In this document: positions 30,101-42,100 of the stretch, piece after piece
Layout: each line of letters begins with the position of its first letter
Position numbering within the stretch: the first letter of the stretch is position 1
Assembly: GCF_964355755.1 (NCBI RefSeq)
Contig: NC_092671.1
Span: 12,586,001-12,650,000, forward strand
Reading direction: 5' to 3'
Source: Antedon mediterranea
Taxonomy: Eukaryota > Animalia > Echinodermata
DNA: 64,000 nucleotides
Notes under the pieces: model-generated
What the model was told of the DNA's origin: nothing
The model's database searches: none
The model's input: only the letters and a program-made list of their open reading frames with translations
Program-made: the position numbers and the translations under genes

Positions 30101-33100
30101 TACTTTATACTGTAGACATTCACATTTTTAGACTAGCTATCACTATGATTTTCTAAAAGTAGTTTAGTAAAATAAAAGGCATACAATAGAAGAATGAACC
30201 AAAAGCATGAAAATATTTGCACCATCATGCTTTCGCTGACTTTCTACATTCCTAATACGCATATGAGTGGATACTAAATAAATTATCAATACCAATATTT
30301 TTGATGGTTAGAATGTTCTCAAAAGGAAGACCAATCAGCAGATGAACTAACAGGTGAACCAGAAATTTCCTCTATCATGACTTCAACAGACAGAAATGAA
30401 ACTGATATTGGAGACATCAGTGAATTTGAGAGTGGGACAGACTATGCTGAATTTTTTCCTAGTGATTTTACATCTGATAAACATCAAGATACATTAGATA
30501 CAGCTAAAAAAGAAGAACCAAATGAGAAAGATTCTTTCACACAAGAACTTTTAAGTGAAGAAGACATGCTGATTGTGGAGGATGAAATACCAACAAAAGA
30601 GAGGGAAATAGTGCAAGATGCTCTAACAACAAGTAAACCTGAGGATACTATCAAGGAATCGACACCAGCATTAAAAGAGAAAAAGAAAATTAGGAAAACT
30701 GTTTCATTCGCAAATGAAGACTCAATTATTCTCCACAAAATAGTTGATTCTGAATATTCTGATTCAACAAGTGAATCTATTGATGTAGAATTATTTATTG
30801 AAGAAGATTCTTTACAAATTGAAGATGAACTTGAGTCAGATGTTGAACAATTAGAATCATTTGACAATAGTAAAAGAGTACCAGAGGTTTATTATAAGCA
30901 ACTGTTGGAATCTGGAAGGAACAACATTTCTGATGACTGCAAAATGATCGCAGAAGAGGAAGTTGTAAATGATTTAAAAGAAGATATTGAAGAAGATGAA
31001 ACTTATCCAGAAGAAAATGTTGTCCTTGAAGTGGACATACCCACAGACGTATCTAAGCCAAGTAAAGTGGATTTTGGTACTGTTAAATCTGAAGTTCCTG
31101 AACACATTTCTAAATATGCTGAAGAGCTCCTTAGTCAATGTATTGTGGACATTGCAAATAATGTAGGTGATACCTGTGTTGATCATGACTTAGAAAGTAA
31201 AGATAATGTAGAGGAAAGTTCTTTAAGCTTGTCAATAAAACACAAGGGAGACCTTGACGTTGTTATAAACAAACCTGAAAACTACTTGGATCAGCCTGAT
31301 GACATTCTAGATACTAACAGACAAATTGAGCTGTACGTAGACACAGACACTGGTACAGGTAATGAAGAAGATTCTTTGGAACTTCCAACATGTGATACAG
31401 TACCCAGAGTTACAAAAGAAAAGATTGTTCTTCAACAGGGCAAATCACAATTTGAGCCAAATCCTCCACAAGTAACCGAAAAGCATGAGTTTTACTTAGA
31501 ATCGCATGAAGAACAGGTGGAAAATATTGAGGCACAACGAGAAGAGGTGATGGCCAAGTTTTCAGAAGTTCTCAAAGAGCTTACACAAAAAGTAATCATT
31601 GTAGATCCTTATCCCATTGATGTGATCGAAATGTATTTGCCCACAGTAGATAAAGTCCAGCATTATTTAGAGATACATTCATTACAGCCTTGTGATGACG
31701 ATGAGGATGATGGTGGTGATGCCCAGAAGCTATTGGAAAAACGAACAGCAATATCATTGGATGAAACTGTATTAGATATTTTACCAGAGGAATCTTCCAA
31801 CAATGCCACAGAGACAACCCAACTACATTTCCAACACGGCACTAAGCAAAATGAAATGCAATTAGATATGCCTGAACAACAATTTCAATTTATTGGTGAA
31901 TCTAATGAAGTCATGGCCAGGTTCACAGAAGTTTCTGAAGAGAATCCACAAAATGCAGTCATTGTAAAACACCCTGCTGTCATTAAAAATGCAGAGACTG
32001 ATATTGGTGTTCCAAATACTAAGAATAACATTGAGGATTTACCAAAATATCTAAATAAAGGAGGTGTTAAAGAAGAAGGATTAACTGAAATATCAGAAAG
32101 TTTGACGGTTAATACAGTGAAGACCAGTAAAGAACTCTTTGCTATTACAGACACTGCACTTGATCATGGTACAAAACAAAGTGAACTAAATATGGATGCA
32201 CCAAATGAAGAAGTGCAATCTATCGATGTACCACTTGAAATAGTCACAACAACATGTTCAGAAGTACCAAATGTTGCAAATACAGTTTTGACCGAACCAG
32301 AGGAAAATGATGAGACACAGTGTTCAATACAGGAAACTAGTACACAACAGACATATATGAATGAAGGTAGGATGGATATGAATTTTGAAGAAAAAACTGA
32401 ACTCAAATACCAAATTCAGCTGCCTGATAGTGAGTTACCGGTAATTATTCAGCCAGTTGGAGATCAAGTTAAAATTGAATTAGAATTGCCAACATATAAA
32501 ACTGAAATTACTAAAGAAGAAGCTAGAATACAACAGCCTGTGTATCAAAGTGAAAGCAATGTGGATATTAACGCTGGAAAAAGTGCTGAACTGAAGTACC
32601 ATGTCGAAATGCCAGATTCTGATTCGGAATCGGATATTCAGCTGGTTAGAGATCAAATTGAACTAGAATTACCAATGTCTGGAAGTAACTTAACTAAGGA
32701 AGTTGAAATACAGCAACCCACACATCAAAGTGAGAAAAGCATAAAACTGAACTCTGAAGAAAGCACTGATCTTGGATATCATGTTGAGATGCCTGGTAGT
32801 GAGGTGGTCATTCAGCCAGCTGGCGATCAATTTAAAATTAAATTAATGTCAACATCACGTAAGACTGATCTTACTAAAGAAGTAGAAACTATTCCTGATG
32901 AACCGATAAAGCCTTCAGCACAACAAGATTTCAGTAAAGAAATTCTAACAATAATGCCAACAGAAAGAACTGAATTAAGAACTCAGTTTTCTGAAGAAAT
33001 TTACAAAAACCAAAATCCTGACAAGCAAGTAATGTTAACCGAAAAAAGTGAGGAACTAATTGTTTTTGATGGAACTAAACATGTTTCTGAAAAAGGTTGG

Positions 33101-36100
33101 CTTAATTGTTTAATAGTAGAATAGTACATTATTTTATCGTAAAAACTAGTTTGATATTATACTGTAATATTGTTTATTGGATTTAGACCATTGTATTTAG
33201 GTAATAAGATATAGGATTTCTTATGCAAATGTTTATTGTTGACAAATTCACAACATGAAACTGTAGGAAAATAAATACATCATTAAAAGGTATTTAAACA
33301 TTTCAGGATTACTAAATGATCCCTTCCTTCAAACATGCTCTACTTTACTATTGTTTTATTGGTCTTCATTAATAGAAGTAAGTCTTACTGTGACTGAGAC
33401 ACCTGATGCTGTGAAATCCGAGGAGGAAGTGTCTGTTGACTTGTCAGTATCTGAGGCAGCTCCACTGGTATGATATGAGCATTATTTAATTTTCATCATT
33501 TATTCACACTTGCATAAATACATTTGGTACAATAAATATATAGCATACAGTTGAGGTAGTGTTTCCTCTTCTGAAGATATACATCTTGTTTTACAGATAT
33601 AGAGTAACTTTATAAGTAATGTTCTGTTAAATAACAATCAATCAATATATATATATGTACATATGTATGTATAAATAGATATATAATAGTATTATTTTCT
33701 ACAGAGTGAAGAACATATTGAGGTCACTCAGACAGTTGAAGCACACGTAGAGGTTACTAGACTCACAGCAAAAGAAACTGTTGAGGTTATAACCACAGTG
33801 GTTGAAGAAGAAAAACCTGATGTTACAGTAACAACGGAGCAGCAAATTCAACTCCAAAAAGATGAAAAGGTTTGTCGATAATTTAATTATTTATATATCA
33901 TTTGAAGTATATGTTTTCTTTTATCACTGTAATCCTCCTCATCACACTTAATATTCTTAATACAAACTTGTTGGTATCATCGCTGTCATTTTTATATACC
34001 ATTTCTTTCTTGTTTCAGCCTGTAGACATAAAACTAGAGATTAAACAAGAGGAGCCAAAACACTTTGTTGCTTTAGGAAGCTACCTCGCTGAATCTGATG
34101 AAGTAATGTCTATAAGAGAAGGAGAAGGCAAGTATATACAAAAGATTATCGCTTTGACTTTGGTCAATTGTCCAGTTAAAAACCAATATTAATCAATTTG
34201 TATGTATAATATTAGATATTTATCTAACATGATTTTTAAAATGTTCATAAACCTAATGCATTTATTTAATTTCAATTGATATACATTTTTAATAAAGTCC
34301 ATTTCATGTAATTTGATATTTCTTTTATTTTTTAGATTTACGCATACTTGACAATTCACATGGAGACTGGTGGCTTGTGAGAAAGGGCACTGGAGAGGAA
34401 GGTTGGGTTCCCTCATCATATCTGGTTTCTACAGAGCAATATGAAAAACATCTTGAAGAGGAACTAGCTGACAGTATGCGATCTTTACCAACTGGTGCAG
34501 GTATACAGCTAATATCTAACAATATGTTTTTAGGAGATTCAGATATTAATCTGTTTGAAAGTTATTGCTGTTAACATTAATATGCTGTTTTAGCATTTTA
34601 TGAAAATCATAATTCCTTTATTGTGTTTTTGATGAATTAACTTTTCTATATAATTTAAAAGGTAAACAATTTCAGATAAAAAGCTTTTGATTTTCTTAAG
34701 TTGATTTTTATTAATATTATTATTTGTTGGCATGTGTTTTTTTAACATTTTAATTATGTTTGTGGAAAAAAAATACAGAATTAGTTATCCAAGGTGAAGC
34801 AAAAGCCCCTCAATTCACAACATCACTTGAAACAACAAAATCCAAAGATAACAAACCAGTGACATTAGCATGCTGTGTGGAAGGTAATCCTACACCTATT
34901 GTGGCATGGTATCGCCAGAGCACTTTAATACGTGAATCACCAGACTTTGAGATCAATTATGATGGCAGTCTATGTACTCTGACAATAAAAGAGGTGCTTC
35001 CAGAGGACTCGGGAAAATATACATGTGTCGCTAAGAACCAGGTTGGAGCAGCATCAAGCAGTGCTGATCTTCTTGTCGAAGGTAAAGGCACCTAAAAGTT
35101 CAGTTTTAGAGTCTTATGTTGTAAGAGTACTTAAGTTATTTATAGTTTCATAGATTGTACTAACCATAAATGTCTTGTATACTAATTGTTGTGTGTATTT
35201 GAAACAGTGAGTATATCAGATGCTGAGAGTATTGACAGTACCCACACTTCAACCTCAAGAAAATCTCTCTCAAGGTAATTCATTTAGTTTGTCACCATCA
35301 GTCCTCCTATGTATTCTAACTGATTCTTGTTGGTTAGTGTACTATATTTTGGCAATAGTTTTAGTTTGTAGAAAGTTAGGATTTAAGATTTGAAAAAGGT
35401 GTTCTAACTGACTTAAACTCAGAATCTTCTGCTTACAAATTTATTTTAAATCAACCAGTATCTTAAAAAATGATGTTACCATACATTTGTGGGATCTCAT
35501 TTCTATAGAGAATCCACGATAGATGAACCTGAAGGCCTTAAGCCAGCTTTTATGCAAGTTGCAAAGCCTAAATCTGTACAGGAAGGCGCTAAAAAGGTTG
35601 TGTTTGAGTTTAAGTTAATAGCCGCTCCACGACCTCAAGTTGCTTGGTATCACGATGGACTACCACTCGAGGAATCTAAGCAATATAAGACTTCTATGTA
35701 TGCTGATGTACATCTGTATATTCTTACACTGGAGATCTTTGATGTTGAGGATGATCATGAAGGAAACTATAAAGTGGAGGCTAAAAATAAAGAGGGAGAG
35801 GCTATTGCTGTTGTGAAATTGAATGTCAGCAGTAAGTAATAATCAATAATATGTTACTTAGATGAATTAATTATGAAAGTTATTCAGAACCATATCATAC
35901 TCCTTATAGTTTACATATATTTATGTTAATATTATTTATCAGAAGTTATAACATTACATACTTTTAAATGTTGTAATTTGCATATGATTAGATAGAATAG
36001 ATACCTAATATAGATATATAATATCATATAAAACACATCAGTTTGTTATGCTTATTTATAGCTTTTAAATTTATCATAATTAAGGTTCTTCTGTATGAAG

Positions 36101-39100
36101 TGTACACTTCAATTCTTCCATAATTTTCTAAATTATATTATGCTTGTGTAAAACATGTGAATGAGTAATATTTTTATTAATTTCCAAGTACATACTGTTT
36201 GTAATCAATAATTCATTTTATAGCATGCAATTACATAACAAACAAGCATGCTTTTTACCTAGTTTTATATAGTGGATTATATTTCAAAGGAAACTAATCA
36301 CAATTCTGAATTTTGCAATTCAGAATGGTAAAAGGTTTTAGTGACTGTATACTTGTAAGTAGAATGGTATGTGTAGAATCACCAGGCACAAGCACAAAGC
36401 CTTGTATTTTGATGCATTACTAATATCTTGCGTGTTTGTATGATGGTTGTCATGTTGATAAAGAGATTTAGTTATGAAGCGACATGCACATTATAAAATG
36501 TGAAGCTATGAAAGATAATAATGTTATTATATAAGGTAAAGAATCTTGCTTGAATTGTAGAAATAACAGTGTTAATTGTAATGATGATGTGGCCAGGTTA
36601 ATGATTCTACTATTGTAGAGAATTCTCATATTTCTTCTTATAATAATCTTGATTGATTATTATATTTATGATGTGATAATGATGAAAATAAGAATGAATA
36701 TCATAGTTGTTGTTCATTCATTTAATTAATACTACCATTATTAACATGCATTTTTAAAGTAACTAATACTGCTTGTATGACAACATTTTGATTAATTCTA
36801 TTTCTTAGCCACTAGATCATATTGAGTTGTTAGCTGGTCTTTTGCAAAATGTAACAATGCATGCTCACCCACTACCACCTCTCATCACTTTTAACCTCAC
36901 CATTTTAGTGGATGCCATATGGAATACTAATCTTTCTCTAAGGTTTGAATACTATTTTATGCTTTTTTGTTATCCTCTGCACTGATTTTAATTTGATTTT
37001 CATTGTCCAGCATGTGATTATGACAGCATAAATATATATTGTATGTTAGTAAATTGTACTTGGAGATCAGTGTTCATTTGATAGAAATTAAGATTGCTTT
37101 TTGCTTATTTAACATCATCTGATAACCACAAAATATGAATGTATTGTTACCAATTTTTTTGTTAAATACCAATTTTAGCCATCTTTTCTAGTATCCAAAG
37201 AAAAAACAGAAACCATTCTATATTTTCTGGAAAGGTTTCTTTGCCAAATTGCATATCAAATGATGTTGAATTAATCTTTGAATAAATTAGTCAATAAAAA
37301 TCATTGCATCTTCATCTTTACCTATGTCAGAAGCCACTCCAGAACCACCTCGATTTGTACAGCCAATTACCTCTCTTACTGTCAAAGAAGGTGAAACCGC
37401 AAAGTTTGAATGTATTGCAACTGGTGTTCCTCGACCTGATATCACATGGTGTAGAGACAACCAAGAGCTCTACCCAGGTGGTGCCTTCAAGATACAAGAC
37501 AACGGCAAAGACATATATACTATAACTTTAAAAGATACTGTCCCTGAAGATTCCGGGACGATTACCTGTTGGGCTGAGAATGATACCGGAAGAACTATGT
37601 GCGGGGCAGAGCTTACTGTCACTGAAGGTACCCCAGATGATTAAACCTCAAAACATCATTCAGACCATTTCCATTCATACATTTCATTCCCTTTAGTAAA
37701 CTGTAGTATATGCTTTCAAAACATTGCTTTAATGGATATTTCTGAACCTAATTGAATGTGATTGATATTTCATATTTGTTATTGAATTTTCGAAATTGTC
37801 TTCTATTTTTCTTGATAGTGCTTTGCTTCTATTTGTTTTTATGTGATAAGTATCTTTTCTAAATATTGCTAATTAGGAACTGTTTGAATCTGTGCTTTAA
37901 CACATTGGTTTTTTTTATATATCTTTTTTGGTATTCTATAAAATTATTTATAAATTCCTGCTTTCTTATTTTTCATTTAAAGAATTTTTAAAATTTAATT
38001 AAAGATTGAAAGACTCATTACATATAAATATTACATTCCTGATAACTAATTTTTTCCAGGAATTCTAATATTGATGCATGCTTTGTATGATACTAAATAT
38101 TAAATAAATGTATTGTTTTAGAACCTGTTCAAACTGAAGTAACTGTTACTAAGCATGAAGAGGTAACAATCACTAAGGTAAAGACAGTACACAAGCCTGA
38201 GGTAGCTTCTGTTTCTGTAAAAGAGGAGGAAGTAGAAGAAGTTCCAGAACCTCCAACATTTACCATACCAGTCGAAGATGTAGACGCACTGAAAGGAACC
38301 ACTGCAGAGCTAAGAGCGAAGGTAGCTGGATCACCCATGCCAGAAGTTACTTGGTATCGAGATGGAAAAGTGTTGCAACCCAGTGAGCGTTATCTGATAA
38401 TGAGTGACAACGAAGGAAATGTATCTCTAATTGTATCTGATGCGAGGATGGAAGATGATGCAGAGTATCTTTGCAAAGCAATTAACAATTATGGAGTAGC
38501 TAGTTGTAGAGCTGATATTATTGTTGAAGAAGGTATATTAATATTATGTATTTATTATTGAAAATAAGTAGATGATAATATAAATTTTCAATCCATGCAT
38601 AAATATTACTATACACATTTAATTGTGACAAAATGTAAGACTTCATTTGTAGTTGGTAAGTGACAGAGAAAGGTAAATTTCTATTTCTTTTTTAAATTGA
38701 GAAAAATTCAAGTAAATCTTTTACTTCTCTATTTCTCTGTGAACATGTATCAAAGACAACTCGTAGAGTAGTCTATTAATAAAGTAATTAACATTTTAGA
38801 ACCAACAGAAATGACAGAAGCTGCTTCAATAACGATGCAGGAAATCATTCTTGACCAAGCAAAGGCAGAGTCCGAGATTTTGGCAAGTGAAGTAGAGTCG
38901 GAGGATATTCTTGATGATGATCGCTTTGAACTAGTGGAAGAGGAAGCTTTACCAGTGGAAGAAGTAACTACTGAACTACCAAGTGAAGTAGTGACTACTG
39001 AAGTTACAGTAGAAGGTAGGACAAAGTATAGCCATTCGGATGGTTGATCAACTCTTTTATTATTTGGGTTGTGAAAATTGTATACATATTTTGTATTAGA

Positions 39101-42100
39101 TTTATTGAATTATTCTTGGATACTTGTATCAATTAATTAATTTTGCTTGGTGACCAACATTTGGTATGTGGTTCTTTATATTTTTACACTTACACAATAT
39201 CTTTATTCCTGCACACTATTACTAATCTATTTAAAACAGAGCCGATAGAAGAAGCAGTAGTTGATGAACAATTTGAGGAACCTAAATTTGTTGAGGAGAT
39301 GGTAGATATGGAAATAATCAAAGGTCATCCTGCTCAATTTGAGGTTCTTGTATCAGGAAATCCAAGACCTACACTTAACTGGTTCAAAGATGGTCATGAA
39401 ATATCTCCTGATGAACATTTTTCAATGGAGTATGATGACGATGGTATGGCGTGCCTTACAGTCAAAGAGACTTCTAGTGATGATGATGCAGAATATACTT
39501 GTAAAGCTATTAACAAAATAGGTGAAGCAGTATCAAAAGCTGATATATTCATCCAACCACAATATAAAAAACCTGTTGAAGGAACGATGCCAATGTTTGT
39601 TCAAGAGTTAAAAACTGTCAGATCCTTTGAGGGGGACAATATTAACTTGATCTGTAAAGCCACTGGTACACCAGACCCAGATGTGATATGGTACAGGAAC
39701 TCCATCGAGATAAAACCAAACCCAAAGGTTTCAATGGATTATGATGAAAATGGTGTGTGTATCCTACTTATCAGAAATGTTCATGCTTCAGATGCAGGAA
39801 TGTATACTTGCAAAGCTGTAAACAAAGTTGGAGAAGTTTCAACCTCTTCAGAGTTATTTGTTGAAGGTAAAGAAGGCTTGGTTGAAATGCTTCATTACTT
39901 ACAGACTTTTGCCTATTGTGTCATGGTACCAGATGATGATTAACCAGGTTTTGTTTGTTTTTTGGTTGACGTGTACTTGCACCAACATTTAAACTGCACT
40001 AGCTATTAATTTTCGCCATATCCTGTTGTCACGTTTTGGTTTTGAGAATTTTATTAAACATGTCATTGATCAATAATCTCCTCATAGCATGTCATTAGCA
40101 CTGAACTGTTTTATGTATTGATTTGGTGGTTGCTATTGCATTTACAGTGAACCATAACCAATATTTTAATTTGGTAAAAAACATATTTAACCTATAGCTG
40201 GAATAATTCTGCAAAGCAATAGAATATTAATTATACTAGAAATAATAATAAAAAATATATATATTATAGAATTTATTTTGGATATTGTATTACTAATATA
40301 AAAAAGTTTAACCTCCAAAATAAAACTTTGGAATACATTTTAAATTCTTTAATTTATTCAATCTTTAAAAATCTTATTATGGTCTATTCCATTCACTCTT
40401 TTAAATTAACAATAGATTTAACCTTAATTAGTGTTAGATATAGAGTATTGTATTTACGATAAGTATTGAACCTCTAAAACCTTCTAGTTTTAATGTTTTG
40501 TTAAATCTGTTTTATACTTGTGTATGTAATGTCTGCTACTAATCATGTATGTTAAGTATCCTATATTAACTTTTTACATGCATGGAATAGAAGAAAATAT
40601 TGTGTTTAATAGAATCCAATCTACCTCTCTTTTTAGATAACTTATAAATATTCCACATGGTATTACAAACCTCAGGTATTTTGCCAAAACTAGGAAAAAT
40701 TATTTATGGCCATTTTTCATTTGAATTGTGTTAGTTTGTGAATAAGTGAGCATGATATTTAATATTTGTGACTATTCTTATGATGAGTCATATACAGTAG
40801 CCATTTCAATGGATTATTTTCAAATAAATCAAATGTAATGTTCAACCATAGACCTATATGTCTATGGTTGAACCATAGACATATAGGTCTATGGTTGAAC
40901 CATTGGCATCAATTCTTGAACAATAAAAAAAAATTAATTATAGTCTGGTTGGTCAAATAAGGTTATGACTCATCATAAGCAGTATTTTTTTTTTTATATA
41001 TATATATAATTTCACCACAAGTAGTATGTCCAAAATCTTTGAAATGTTAACAAACATAACCTTAATAAATTATGAGTGCCTGCTCTTTTCTAGAATACAA
41101 TTATTGTTGTGCATAATTTTGTAGATAATTGCACTAAACATTTTGTCCTTTTTGTACTATATTCTTAAGTAATTAATGTATATGAGCATCATAAAATATG
41201 CCAATATGTTTAGTAATATATTACCAATCATTTAATAATGCAAAACATTATACATAATTTTTATATAGTTTTACAATTATTTAAAATTTTATAGAATTTT
41301 TCATTACTCTTAAATAAACTTTAAATGAACAAAACTGAGTTATTTTCTAAATTTGTTTTAGATTTACATTCATTTTGCTTATTTTCTCATTTTTGCTTAT
41401 TCTTTCATTTTATATATTTAGTATTCAAATATCAATTCCTTTTATAATCTATTTTTTTGTCTTAATTTATAAGATTTATTTAGTTTCATGGCCTTTTCAT
41501 TACAGATATACCATTCAAACTTTATTTTATTACATTTAGTCCATATATTTTCAGAGAGCAATACTATATTATGTTTTTTGCTAATGTACACTGAACTTTA
41601 CTTTCTTCTTTTTCATTTAGTATCTTTTCATTCAATTTCATCACACTTCCATTGCTATTTTCATTTTCTTAGTTCCGGCAAACATTTTGGATGGACCATC
41701 AACTATCACAGTTAATGCTGGGGAAACTGCAAAAGCAACGTTTTCATTCAGTGGATTCCCATTACCGACTGTTACATGGTCTCGTGGCTATCTTGAAGTT
41801 GACGAGACAGACCGTATACATATTAAGACTCACAAGACAGAAAGTACCCTGGTGATTGATAATTGTGTCGCTACTGATGCTGGCGAGTATGCTATTGAAG
41901 CAGAGAACAATGCTGGGGGACAAGAACGATATGTTAATGTTATTGTAAAGGGTAAGTAAGGCAGGGGCAGATCCACGGAACCTTCCCCCACCCCCCCCCC
42001 CCACCCCAACCTAAATTTCACAAATTGTAATGCAAAAGGTAGGACATCAAATCATCATCATTTAATTTCACTATTTTTCCGTCACTGTAAGTAGTCAAGG

